Source of the DNA: Motilibacter aurantiacus
GTDB lineage: Bacteria; Actinomycetota; Actinomycetes; Motilibacterales; Motilibacteraceae
DNA length: 24,000 nucleotides
Assembly (NCBI RefSeq): GCF_011250645.1
Contig: NZ_JAANNO010000006.1
Location: forward strand, 270,762 to 294,761
Direction of reading: 5' to 3'
The first letter of the stretch is position 1; each line of letters begins with the position of its first letter. Positions 7,707-16,240 of the stretch are shown here, piece after piece. The position numbers and the translations under genes were made by a program. The notes beneath the pieces were generated by a model. That model was given only the letters and a program-made list of their open reading frames with translations, made no database searches and had not been told where the DNA came from.

Positions 7707-10130
7707 TCAGCCTCGCTCGGCCCAGTCGCCCAGCGACCAGTCGCGGACCTCGGGCATGTCCTCGAGGTGCTCGACGACGTACGCCGCGTGCTCGGCGAGC
7801 TTCTGCTCGCACCAGGCCTTGAGCTCGGTGGCCCCGCGTGGTGTCCGCTTCGCGTTGTTGATCGCGTCCATCACCAGGTGGTACCGGGACGTCCGGTTGC
7901 GCACGACCATGTCGAAGGGCGTGGTCGTGGTCCCCTCCTCGATGAAGCCGCGCACCCGGAAGCGGTCGGCGTCCGGGCGCCCGTGCACCAGCTGGTGGAT
8001 CGCGCCGGGGAAGCCGTGGAACGCGAAGACCACGTCCGTGTCGTCGGTGAACAGCTCGGTGAAGTACGTGGGGCTCATGCCGTGGGAGTGGTCGCGCGGG
8101 CGCAGCAACGTCATCAGGTCGACCACGTTCACCACGCGCGTCCGCAGCTGCGGCAGCCGCTCCTTGAGGATCTGCGCCGCCGCGACCGTCTCCATCGTCA
8201 CCACGTCGCCGGCGCAGGCGAGGACGATGTCCGGGTCGTCGGCGCCGTCCTCGTTGCCCGCCCAGTCCCAGGTGCCGGCGCCCCGTCGGCAGTGCTCGAT
8301 CGCCTCGTCCATCGTGAGCCACTGCAGCTGCGGCTGCTTGTCGATGACGAGAAGGTTGATGTAGGACCGCGAGCGCAGGCAGTGGTCCGCGACCGACAGC
8401 AGGGTGTTCGCGTCCGGGGGCAGGTAGACGCGCGAGACGTCCTGGCGCTGGGTCAGCGCGACCTGGATCAGGCCGGGGCCCTGGTGGGAGAAGCCGTTGT
8501 GGTCGTTGCGCCAGGCGGTCGAGGTGAGCAGGATGTTCAGGCTCGGGACCTTCGCTCGCCAGGGCAGGTGCGTCGCCTCCTCCAGCCACTTGCCGTGCTG
8601 GACCGTCTGCGAGGCGCTGACCATGGCGAAGGCCTCGTACGTCGCGAACATCCCGTGCCGGCCGGTGAGCGTGTAGCCCTCGAGCCAGCCGTGGCAGTTG
8701 TGCTCGGAGAGCACCTCCATGACGCGCCCGTCCCGGCCGATCGCGAGGTCGTCCGAGGTGACCTGCTCCATGAACGCCCGGTCCGACGCCTCGAAGACCG
8801 CGCCGAGCCGGTTGCTGTTCGTCTCGTCCGGGCAGAACAGGCGGAACCGGTCGTCGTTGCGCACGTAGACGTCGCGCAGCAGCGCGCCGAGCTGCCGCGT
8901 CGACTCGGCCTTCACCTGCGCCGGGCGCGGCACCTCCAGCGCGTAGTCGCGGAAGTCGGGCAGGTCCAGGTCCTTGGTCAGCAGCCCGCCGTTGGCGTGC
9001 GGGGAGGCGCTCATGCGCAGGTCGCCCGTCGGGTTGGCCCGGCGCACGAGCTCGGTGGGGGCGCCGTCGGCGTCGAAGAGCTCCTCCGGCCGGTAGGACC
9101 GCAGCCACGTCTCCAGGATCGCCAGGTGCTCGTCGTTGCCCTTGACCCCGGACAGCGGGACCTGGTGGGAGCGCCAGGTGCCGGTGACCCTGACCCCGTC
9201 GATCTCCTCCGGGCCGGTCCAGCCCTTCGGCGAGCGCAGCACGATCATCGGCCAGCGCGGGCGCGTGCCGTCCCAGTCGCCACCGCGCGCCGCCTCCTGG
9301 ATCGCCCGGATCTTCCCGTACGCCTCCGCGAGCACCGCCGCGAAGCGCAGGTGCATGCCGGGCAGGTCGTCGCCCTCGACCTCGAGCACGTCGTAGCCGT
9401 GCCCACGCAGCAGCGAGCGGACCTCCTCGGGGTCCTTGCGCCCGAGGACGGTCGGGCCGGCGATCTTCGCGCCGTTGAGGTGCAGGATGGGCAGCACCGC
9501 GCCGTCACGGGCGGGGTTGAGGAAGGAGACGCCCTTCCAGGACCCCTCCAGCGGCCCGGTCTCGGCCTCCCCGTCGCCCACGACGGCGATCGCCAGCAGG
9601 CTCGGGTTGTCCATCACCGCGCCGAACGCGTGCACCAGGACGTACCCGAGCTCGCCGCCCTCGTGGATCGAGCCCGGCGTCGTCACCGAGACGTGGCTCG
9701 GGATGCCGCCCGGGCTGGAGAACTGGCGGAACAGGCGCAGCAGGCCCGCCTCGTCCTGCGTCACGCGCGGGTAGGTCTCGGTGTAGCTGCCCTCGAGGTA
9801 CGACGCCGCCACGAGCGCCGGCCCGCCGTGGCCGGGCCCGGCGAGGTAGATCGCCTCCTGGCCGGTGTGCCGGATCACGCGCGACACGTGCGCGTAGATG
9901 AACGAGAGGCCCGGGCTGGTGCCCCAGTGCCCCAGCAGCCGGGGCTTGATGTGCTCGGAGGAGAGCTGCTCGCGCAGCAGCGGGTTGCCCTGCAGGTAGA
10001 TCTGGCCGATGGTCAGGTAGTTGTTCGCCCGCCACCAGGCGTCGAGAGCCTCGACCTCGTCGTCGCCGGGATGGGCGAGCGCGTGGAGTACGCCCTCGGT
10101 CGTGCTGCCGGTCAGGGTGTCGAGAGCCAC
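7707..10130 (-). CDS. xfp: Phosphoketolase (xylulose-5-phosphate/fructose-6-phosphate phosphoketolase)
   Basis: The 807-aa product carries hallmark phosphoketolase sequence: WWRANNYLTIGQIYLQGNPLL, HIKPRLLGHWGTSPGL, GPGHGGPA, SHVSVTTPGSIHEGGELGY, and EHNCHGWLEGYTLTGRHG. GTG start at 10128-10130 follows the SD GGAAGGA. Confidence 0.95.
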   Translation of the reverse strand: MALDTLTGSTTEGVLHALAHPGDDEVEALDAWWRANNYLTIGQIYLQGNPLLREQLSSEHIKPRLLGHWGTSPGLSFIYAHVSRVIRHTGQEAIYLAGPGHGGPALVAASYLEGSYTETYPRVTQDEAGLLRLFRQFSSPGGIPSHVSVTTPGSIHEGGELGYVLVHAFGAVMDNPSLLAIAVVGDGEAETGPLEGSWKGVSFLNPARDGAVLPILHLNGAKIAGPTVLGRKDPEEVRSLLRGHGYDVLEVEGDDLPGMHLRFAAVLAEAYGKIRAIQEAARGGDWDGTRPRWPMIVLRSPKGWTGPEEIDGVRVTGTWRSHQVPLSGVKGNDEHLAILETWLRSYRPEELFDADGAPTELVRRANPTGDLRMSASPHANGGLLTKDLDLPDFRDYALEVPRPAQVKAESTRQLGALLRDVYVRNDDRFRLFCPDETNSNRLGAVFEASDRAFMEQVTSDDLAIGRDGRVMEVLSEHNCHGWLEGYTLTGRHGMFATYEAFAMVSASQTVQHGKWLEEATHLPWRAKVPSLNILLTSTAWRNDHNGFSHQGPGLIQVALTQRQDVSRVYLPPDANTLLSVADHCLRSRSYINLLVIDKQPQLQWLTMDEAIEHCRRGAGTWDWAGNEDGADDPDIVLACAGDVVTMETVAAAQILKERLPQLRTRVVNVVDLMTLLRPRDHSHGMSPTYFTELFTDDTDVVFAFHGFPGAIHQLVHGRPDADRFRVRGFIEEGTTTTPFDMVVRNRTSRYHLVMDAINNAKRTPRGATELKAWCEQKLAEHAAYVVEHLEDMPEVRDWSLGDWAERG

Positions 10131-10154
10131 CTGCTGTCCTTCCGCTCAGGAGTG

Positions 10155-10179
10155 GTGCCTGTTCGTGCCTGTTCGTGCC
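10155..10179. repeat. 10-bp tandem repeat gtgcctgttc x2.5 in the phosphoketolase leader/divergent intergenic region
   Basis: Read directly: gtgcctgttc gtgcctgttc gtgcc, 25-50 nt upstream of the phosphoketolase GTG on the minus strand. Confidence 0.8.
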
Positions 10180-10387
10180 GGAGCAAGGGACTGTGCATCC
10201 CTGGACAAACTCTGGCGTAACGGGCGGTGCGCTGTCGATCACAGCCAGCCTTCCAGCGCGGGTGTGGACGGCCCAGGGACCTTCGTCACCCGTGGGGCCG
10301 ACCAACTCCCCGCGCTACCGCCGGGCGCCGGGACGGCCCCGGCGGCGCCCGCCCGGCCTGCGAAGCGCCGGGTAGGCTCGACCGCCC

Positions 10388-11023
10388 ATGACGGGAGGCT
10401 GGACAACGGTGGCGCAAGGCCCGCGCGAGGTCGACCTGCTGGTCGTCGAGGGGGAGGTCGAGCGGGCGCACCGCGCTGTCGTCCTCGCCGGCCGCCGGCT
10501 GGAGTCGCTGCGGGGCCCGTCCGGGGGGCGCCGTTCGGGCCGGGCGCTCACCGAGGCCCATCTCTACTTCGCCGACGCGCTGCGCGAGTGGGGCGAGCTC
10601 GTGGTCCGGCAGGAGGCGCTGCGCGACGAGCTGTTCGCCGCGCGCGTCGGAGCCCCGGCCCCGCTCGAGGACGCCCGGCCGGCCGGGCCGGGGCCGACCC
10701 CGCCCGCCGACCTGCGGGCGGCCCGGATCGCCCTGCGTGACGCCCTCGCCGACTACACCCGGTCCCGTGGGGGCGCGCCGGACCTGCATCGCCGGGCCCG
10801 GGCGGTCTGGCGCCGCCGGCTCGAGCAGTGGCAGCAGTTGCTGCTCGAGGAGCGCTCCCCCGCCGGCGGGCGCTCCTTCCCGCAACCGGAGACCGGGCAG
10901 ACCGAGCCCGGGCAGACCGAGCGCGGGCAGACCGAGCGCGTGCAGACCGAGCCCGCGGCGGGCCCGGCCGGACTGTTCGAGGTCGCCCGGCCGGCCGGCC
11001 CCGACGAGGAGGAGGCCCGATGA
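10388..11023 (+). CDS. Hypothetical protein, helical and Arg/Glu-rich, with an internal G-Q-T-E-x pentapeptide repeat
   Basis: 211-aa ORF with consistently high GC3. The overlapping minus-strand ORFs look like shadows. No family recognised. The start is uncertain because there is no clear SD before ATG 10388. Its stop overlaps the next start as ATGA. Confidence 0.5.
   Translation: MTGGWTTVAQGPREVDLLVVEGEVERAHRAVVLAGRRLESLRGPSGGRRSGRALTEAHLYFADALREWGELVVRQEALRDELFAARVGAPAPLEDARPAGPGPTPPADLRAARIALRDALADYTRSRGGAPDLHRRARAVWRRRLEQWQQLLLEERSPAGGRSFPQPETGQTEPGQTERGQTERVQTEPAAGPAGLFEVARPAGPDEEEAR
10895..10954 (+). repeat. In-frame 15-bp tandem repeat x4 (gggcagaccgagcNc) encoding GQTEP/GQTER/GQTER/VQTEP
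   Basis: Read directly: gggcagaccgagccc gggcagaccgagcgc gggcagaccgagcgc gtgcagaccgagccc. Confidence 0.9.
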
Positions 11024-11367
11024 GCGGGAGCTGGCGCGACGGGGTCCCGACGCTGCACGCCGCGCAGTCCTGCCCCGAGCACCCGGGCGAGCGGCCGCAG
11101 CCCAGCTGCCGGCTCTGCCCCACCCCGCAGGAGCAGGCCCGCGAGACCGCTCGCTCCGCCCGTCGCCCGGCCGAGCCGACCGGCGACTGCGCCGCCCACG
11201 GGCCCGGCGTGGCGCTCGACGTCTTCGGGCGCTGCCTGGCCTGCCACCCCGCCCTGGCCGGCGTCCGGGAGAAGCCGGCCCGCGAGCCCGCCGACCCGTA
11301 CGCCGGGGTCCGCGCCATGGTCGAGCAGTGCGCCGACTACGCGCGCAGGCCGCGGCGCGAGCGCTGA
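11020..11367 (+). CDS. Hypothetical Cys-rich protein with two CxxH...CxxC modules
   Basis: ATG 11020-11022 overlaps the upstream TGA (ATGA). The 115-aa product is MSGSWRDGVPTLHAAQSCPEHPGERPQPSCRLCP...DCAAHGPGVALDVFGRCLACHP... GC3 is near 100%. The track lists a longer ORF from 10828 whose N-terminal part is out-of-frame reading of the upstream gene. Confidence 0.6.
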   Translation: MSGSWRDGVPTLHAAQSCPEHPGERPQPSCRLCPTPQEQARETARSARRPAEPTGDCAAHGPGVALDVFGRCLACHPALAGVREKPAREPADPYAGVRAMVEQCADYARRPRRER

Positions 11368-11429
11368 GCCGGGCCGCCGAGGCAGCCGTCGAAGACCCTC
11401 GGACGGGTGGAACGGGGATGGTGGAACGG

Positions 11430-11466
11430 CGAAGCCCCCGGCCTGCACGGCAGGCCGGGGGCTTCG
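11430..11466. terminator. Strong hairpin between convergent genes (terminator for hrdB/sigA and the + operon)
   Basis: cgaagcccccggcctg-cacgg-caggccgggggcttcg forms a perfect 16-bp stem. It lies 16 nt beyond the sigma-factor stop and about 60 nt beyond the + gene stop. Confidence 0.75.
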
Positions 11467-11481
11467 AACGGCAGCGGGAGC

Positions 11482-13020
11482 TCAGTCCAGGTAGTCGCGC
11501 AGCACCTGCGACCGCGACGGGTGGCGCAGCTTGCTCATCGTCTTGGACTCGATCTGGCGGATCCGCTCGCGGGTGACCCCGTAGACCTTGCCGATCTCGT
11601 CCAGCGTCTTGGGCTGGCCGTCGGTGAGCCCGAACCGCATGGACACCACGCCCGCCTCGCGCTCGGACAGCGTGTCGAGCACCGAGTGCAGCTGCTCCTG
11701 GAGCAGCGTGAACGACACGGCCTCGGCCGGGACGACCGCCTCGGAGTCCTCGATGAGGTCGCCGAACTCGGAGTCCCCGTCCTCACCGAGCGGGGTGTGC
11801 AGCGAGATGGGCTCGCGGCCGTACTTCTGGACCTCGACGACCTTCTCCGGGGTCATGTCGAGCTCCTTGGCCAGCTCCTCCGGGGTGGGCTCGCGGCCCA
11901 GGTCCTGGAGCATCTGGCGCTGCACGCGGGCGAGCTTGTTGATGACCTCGACCATGTGGACCGGGATGCGGATCGTGCGCGCCTGGTCGGCCATGGCGCG
12001 CGTGATCGCCTGGCGGATCCACCACGTCGCGTAGGTCGAGAACTTGTAGCCCTTGGTGTAGTCGAACTTCTCGACCGCCCGGATGAGGCCCAGGTTGCCC
12101 TCCTGGATCAGGTCCAGGAAGAGCATGCCGCGGCCGGTGTAGCGCTTGGCCAGCGAGACGACCAGGCGCAGGTTGGCCTCGAGCAGGTGGTTCTTGGCCC
12201 GGCGCCCGTCCTCGGCGATCCAGTCGAGCTCTCGCTTGAGCTTCGGGGCGAGCTTCTCCCCCGAGCCGAGTTTCTCCTCGGCGAAGAGGCCGGCCTCGAT
12301 CCGCTTGGCGAGCTCGACCTCCTGCTCGGCGTTGAGGAGGGCGACCTTGCCGATCTGCTTGAGGTAGTCCTTGACCGGGTCCGCGGTCGCGCCCGCCGTG
12401 GCGACCTGCTGGGCCGGCTCGTCGGCGTCGTCGTCGGAGAGGACGAACTCCTCGGTCTCCCCGCCCTCCTCGGCCGCGGCAGGGGCCGCGGCCGGCTCGG
12501 CACCGTCGGCCGCCTCCGCGGCGCCGTCGACCGGCTCCGCGGCGTCGGCGACGACGTCCACGCCATCAACACTGTCGACACCGTCCACGAGGTCCCCGGG
12601 GCCGGCGGGCTCGACGAGGTCCTCCAGCACGACGTCATCGGGCTCGGCCGAGTCCTCGGCCGGGTCCGCGAGGCCGGTGGCGGCCTTGGCCGCCGGAGCG
12701 GCGGCCTTCTTGGCGGACTTGCGCGGCGCAGCCTTCTTCGCGGCGGTGTCGACCGAGGAGGTCGCGGTCGCCCGGCGCGCGGTGGTTGCCGCCACGGCTC
12801 GCCGGGACGCCGGGGCCGGGGCGTCCAGCGCCACGGTGACGCCCTCCTCGGCGAGCGCGCGCAGCACGGCCTTGACGCGCGAGACGGCTATGCGGCCGTC
12901 GCACGCCTCACGCACCTGAGCTGCGGTGACCGATCCGGTGGACCTTCCGGTCGTGAGGAGCTCCTGCACCTCGGGGACGGCGAACTCGGGCGGAAGCGGG
13001 CGGGGCGTGACCGACGACAC
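11482..13020 (-). CDS. sigA: Principal (group 1) RNA polymerase sigma factor, HrdB/SigA/RpoD
   Basis: Regions 1.2-4.2 are complete: [108 protein letters not shown], and [41 protein letters not shown]. An acidic/Ala-Lys-rich N-terminal extension is typical of actinobacterial HrdB. The preferred start is GTG 13018-13020 ([10 protein letters not shown]...) with GAGAGG 6 nt upstream. The 120 extra codons of the track ORF are Arg/Gly junk. The 254-bp upstream region contains TGGCAGAAT (complement of 13197-13205), an extended -10-like element; this is weak evidence. Confidence 0.95.
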   Translation of the reverse strand: MSSVTPRPLPPEFAVPEVQELLTTGRSTGSVTAAQVREACDGRIAVSRVKAVLRALAEEGVTVALDAPAPASRRAVAATTARRATATSSVDTAAKKAAPRKSAKKAAAPAAKAATGLADPAEDSAEPDDVVLEDLVEPAGPGDLVDGVDSVDGVDVVADAAEPVDGAAEAADGAEPAAAPAAAEEGGETEEFVLSDDDADEPAQQVATAGATADPVKDYLKQIGKVALLNAEQEVELAKRIEAGLFAEEKLGSGEKLAPKLKRELDWIAEDGRRAKNHLLEANLRLVVSLAKRYTGRGMLFLDLIQEGNLGLIRAVEKFDYTKGYKFSTYATWWIRQAITRAMADQARTIRIPVHMVEVINKLARVQRQMLQDLGREPTPEELAKELDMTPEKVVEVQKYGREPISLHTPLGEDGDSEFGDLIEDSEAVVPAEAVSFTLLQEQLHSVLDTLSEREAGVVSMRFGLTDGQPKTLDEIGKVYGVTRERIRQIESKTMSKLRHPSRSQVLRDYLD

Positions 13021-13274
13021 GTACAACCTCTCGCTGGACGGGCGACCGTGCAGGACGGGCAGGACCGGGATCCGGGCACATCTGTCGCGACGTTCCCTTC
13101 CGGCGATGGCGGGACTTGCTACCGGACGACACCGCTCGCGCGCGCAACGCCGTCCGGGCCGCCGCTCTGGGAACATCTCAGGGCAGCAACCGCACCATTC
13201 TGCCACGGCGGCAGCGCCGCTCGGCGGTCTCGAGCCCGGGGCCCGCGGGCCGTCGCCGCTCCTGGACGTCCAGC

Positions 13275-15044
13275 TCAGACGCGCAGTGCCAGCAGGGTCA
13301 CGTCGTCCCAACGCTGCCCCGCGCTCGCCCCGGCCGCGACCGCCCGGTCGAGCAGCGCCTCCAGCTCCAGCCCGCCGCACCCACCGAGGCTCTGCGCCAG
13401 CGCGTCGAGCCCGGCGCCGATCCCGGCCTCCCGGGTCTCCACCAGCCCGTCACTGAACGCGAGGATGGTGTCGCCCGCGGACAGCTCGAGCACGCGCTCG
13501 GAGCGCGGCTCCGGCACGCCGAGCGGCGTGGCCAGCTCGACCACGGGGAGCAGCCGGGCCGGGCCCGACGCCGGTACGAGCACGACCGGCGGGTGCCCGG
13601 CGGCGGTCGCGACCAGGGTCCGGGTCGCGGGATCGAGCACCCCGTAGACCAGGGTGACGATCTGCTCGAGGCCCTCGGTCGCGGAGAAGACCCGGTCCAG
13701 CCCGGACAGGACCGCCGACGGGGACGGGTCGGTGAAGGCCAGGGCCCGCAACGCGGCGCGGACCCGCCCCATCCCCGCCGCCGCGTTCACGCCCTTGCCC
13801 ATGACGTCGCCGAGCGTGACGGCGAGCCGGCCGTCGGGCAGCGCGAAGGCGTCGTACCAGTCGCCGCCGACCGCCGTCGCCTCCCAGCCGCGGGTACCCG
13901 TGCGGGACGCCGGCAGGTAGCGGCCGGCCAGCTGGGCGCCTGCGACCTGCGGCAGCCGGTCCGGCAGCAGGCTGGCCTGCAGGGCCTCCGCCGTGCGGTG
14001 CTCGTTCTCGTACAGCAGCGCCCGCTCGACCGCGACGGCGCACTGGGTCCCGACGGCCTCGAGGAAGACCCGCTCCTCGGACGCCAACGTGCGCGGCTCG
14101 GCGAACGCGACGCGCAAGGCCCCGAGCGTCCCGCGCGCGGTCAGGAGCGGCACCGCCGCCCAGGAGCGCTCCTTCGAGGCCCCGACCTGCCGGGAGATCC
14201 ACTCCGGGTCCGTGCCCAGGGTCACCAGCTCCTCGGGAGAGGCGGCGTAGACCGGTCGCCCGGTGGTGATGGCCACCGCGGTGGGCACGCGGCTGTCCAG
14301 CGGGACGCGGACGCCGTCCGGCCGCGCGTCCGGGCCCGGGACCACTCCGGAGTCCGGGCGGAACACGACCTCGTCCCCGTCGAGCAGGGAGAGCCCCGCC
14401 ACCAGGGCCCCCAGCGACCGCGCCTCGTCGGTGACGACCGCCATGACCTCGGCGAGCGTGAGGGCGGTCGCCAGCCGGGTCGTCACGGTGAGCAGCCGCT
14501 CGGCCCGTTGGTACGCCGCGAGCAGCGCGTCCTCGGTCGTGCGGCGCTGCGTGACGTCCGCGACGAACACGGCGACGCCGCGGATGCGGCCGTCCTCCCC
14601 GCGTGCCGGGAACCACTGCGACTGCCAGTGGGTGACCGAGCCGTCCGGGCCGGTGCCGACGAAGTCGTCGTCGTGGACGGGCGCGCCCGTCTCCATGACC
14701 CGGCGCAGCATGTCCTCGACGGCCACGCCGAGGTCGCCGAGGATCTCGGCCGGGCGGTGGCCCAGGTGCTCCTCGACGGGGAGCCCGTTGACGGCGGCGA
14801 GCACCCGGTTGATCCCGCGGTAGCGCAGCTCGGCGTCGTAGAACGCGAAGCCGAGCGGCGCCTCCTGGACGAGCATCTCCAGCAGCGCCGCGTCGGTCGG
14901 GGGCAGCGTCCCGCTCGGAGTGCCGGCCGCCTCGTCCCCCGGCGCCACGCCGCCTCCCCTCGCTCGCGCGCCCCATCCGGGGCGATCGGCCCGCGAGCCA
15001 CGTCGGCCCCCGCTGCCGCTCACGCTAACGTGATCGGCCGTCAC
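13275..15044 (-). CDS. PAS-GAF-PP2C (SpoIIE/RsbU-type) serine phosphatase
   Basis: The N-terminal region looks like PAS ([34 protein letters not shown]...). The central region looks like GAF ([29 protein letters not shown]...). The C-terminus is PP2C/SpoIIE: [12 protein letters not shown]...[34 protein letters not shown]...TLVYGVLDP...AGHPPVVL...FSDGLVE...[10 protein letters not shown]. The start is ambiguous: GTG 15044 has no SD, while the in-frame GTG 14946-14948 follows GGGGAGG. Confidence 0.85.
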   Translation of the reverse strand: MTADHVSVSGSGGRRGSRADRPGWGARARGGGVAPGDEAAGTPSGTLPPTDAALLEMLVQEAPLGFAFYDAELRYRGINRVLAAVNGLPVEEHLGHRPAEILGDLGVAVEDMLRRVMETGAPVHDDDFVGTGPDGSVTHWQSQWFPARGEDGRIRGVAVFVADVTQRRTTEDALLAAYQRAERLLTVTTRLATALTLAEVMAVVTDEARSLGALVAGLSLLDGDEVVFRPDSGVVPGPDARPDGVRVPLDSRVPTAVAITTGRPVYAASPEELVTLGTDPEWISRQVGASKERSWAAVPLLTARGTLGALRVAFAEPRTLASEERVFLEAVGTQCAVAVERALLYENEHRTAEALQASLLPDRLPQVAGAQLAGRYLPASRTGTRGWEATAVGGDWYDAFALPDGRLAVTLGDVMGKGVNAAAGMGRVRAALRALAFTDPSPSAVLSGLDRVFSATEGLEQIVTLVYGVLDPATRTLVATAAGHPPVVLVPASGPARLLPVVELATPLGVPEPRSERVLELSAGDTILAFSDGLVETREAGIGAGLDALAQSLGGCGGLELEALLDRAVAAGASAGQRWDDVTLLALRV

Positions 15045-15086
15045 GGTAAGGCGATCGCGGGAATCAGTCGCCGGGACGGGCCGAAC

Positions 15087-15497
15087 TCAGCGGTCGTCCT
15101 CGTCGGCCTTGACCGCCAGGACGGGGCACGGGGCGTCGAGAAGGACGCGCTGGGCGTTGCTGCCGAGGATCAGCTTGCCCACCGGGGAGCGGCGGCGCAG
15201 CCCGATGACGATCACGTCGGCGTGCACCTCCTCGGCGATGGCGATGAGGTCCTCGGACGGCTCCTGGCCGCGCACCAGCTGGCGTACCTCGTGCTCGATG
15301 CCGGCCGCCTCGAGCGCGTCGCGCACGCTGAGCAGTTCCTTCTCGTACTGGTTGTCCGCGTCGGCCCCGGTGTCCCGGACGGCGCGCAGCGAGCTGACGA
15401 CGACGAGCCGCTGCTTGCGCAGCCGGGCCTCCTCGGCGGCACGGCGCAGCGCGGCGCGCCCCTCGGGCTTGGGCACATAGCCCACGACGATCGTCAT
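15087..15497 (-). CDS. Universal stress protein (UspA family)
   Basis: The 136-aa product MTIVVGYVPKPEGRAALRRAAEEA...HADVIVIGLRRRSPVGKLILGSNAQRVLLDAPCPVLAVK shows the typical Usp fold signature, including the G-x2-G-x9-G(S/T) ATP-binding tail. SD AGGAGAGG lies before the ATG. Confidence 0.85.
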   Translation of the reverse strand: MTIVVGYVPKPEGRAALRRAAEEARLRKQRLVVVSSLRAVRDTGADADNQYEKELLSVRDALEAAGIEHEVRQLVRGQEPSEDLIAIAEEVHADVIVIGLRRRSPVGKLILGSNAQRVLLDAPCPVLAVKADEDDR

Positions 15498-15560
15498 CGC
15501 GGCCTCTCCTGCGTCTCGCCTTGCTCGGTGTGCCCGTCGTTCGCGGGTTGCCGACGAACG

Positions 15561-16160
15561 CTATCCGTATTGTGCGGAGGTATCGCCCACCAGGCCCGTC
15601 GGGGCGGCCGCGTCGGGGTCGCCGAGGCCCAGCGCACGGTCCATCTCGATCTCGCGGGCGGCGGGGTCGAGCGGGTACGGCTCGGTCCGCCCGGTGGCGG
15701 TGAACCCGTGGCGCGCGTAGAAGGCGGCCGCCCGCGGGTTGGCCTCGTGGACCAGCAGACGGATGCGGTCCGCGCCCGCCTCGTCGCGGGCCCAGCGCAG
15801 GACCGTTCGCAGCAGGAGGTCGGCGACGGGGCCGCCACGGCGCTCGGGCACGACGAACACCGACACGAGCAGCGCCCGGCCGGGGCGCTCGAGCACGCCG
15901 CCCATCGTGCCGAGCCAGTCGCCGCCCGGCCCGACGGCGGCGTACGTCGCGATCGACGTGCCGGCCGAGCCGCGCCGGGCGCGGCGCCGCCACTCGCGCT
16001 CGTCGAAGCGACGTGTCTGCTCGATGGTCTCGGTGAACGCCAGCGGCGTGTCGGCCAGCATCGCCAGGCGGAGCGCCCGCACGCGCTCCCAGTCCTGCTC
16101 CCGCACACGGGCGACCCGCACGCCCGTCCCGGAGCCGTCGTCGTGGGGCGGGCCGGTCAC
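15561..16160 (-). CDS. GNAT-family N-acetyltransferase
   Basis: The 199-aa product contains VSVFVVPERRGGPVADLLLRTVLRWARDEAGADRIRLLVHEANPRAAAFYARHGF, which matches GNAT motifs A/B. GTG start follows SD GGAGG. Confidence 0.8.
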   Translation of the reverse strand: MTGPPHDDGSGTGVRVARVREQDWERVRALRLAMLADTPLAFTETIEQTRRFDEREWRRRARRGSAGTSIATYAAVGPGGDWLGTMGGVLERPGRALLVSVFVVPERRGGPVADLLLRTVLRWARDEAGADRIRLLVHEANPRAAAFYARHGFTATGRTEPYPLDPAAREIEMDRALGLGDPDAAAPTGLVGDTSAQYG

Positions 16161-16240
16161 GCGCGGCCTCCGCAGCCGCTCCCGCGCGAGCCGCTGGACG
16201 TGCCGGTGGGGCGGCCGGAGGCCCGCCTACGCTCGGAGCC

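Noticed and set aside
7464-10220. Very long + strand ORF (918 aa) and similar giants: 13116..16244 + (1042 aa), 11407..13647 + (746 aa), 7264..9108 - (614 aa), 726..2255 +, 3698..5156 +, 5285..7117 +, 15064..16539 -, 20093..21439 -, 21846..23204 -, 22103..23185 +.
   Set aside because: All are Arg/Gly/Pro/His/Asp-rich low-complexity translations. Each lies antisense to, or out of frame with, a gene that has unmistakable family motifs (phosphoketolase, sigma factors, PP2C, topoisomerase, KaiC-like). Stop-poor alternative frames are expected in >70% GC DNA.
13021-13274. Precise hrdB promoter assignment (TGGCAGAAT extended -10-like; TTGCGC/TTGCTG -35-like hexamers).
   Set aside because: No pair has proper 16-19 nt spacing and a TAnnnT -10. 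I mention it only in the evidence for the gene, not as a feature.
13021-13380. N-terminal extensions offered by the track for several genes: hrdB (to 13380), parE (to 7114), DUF3072 (to 17828), rpf-like (from 17911), DUF2267 (to 20123), KaiC-like (to 23611), and the Cys-rich protein (from 10828).
   Set aside because: The extensions are compositionally junk-like, run through repeats or the riboswitch, or overlap the upstream gene. Internal GTG/ATG codons with good SD sequences or stop-start overlaps give lengths typical of each family.
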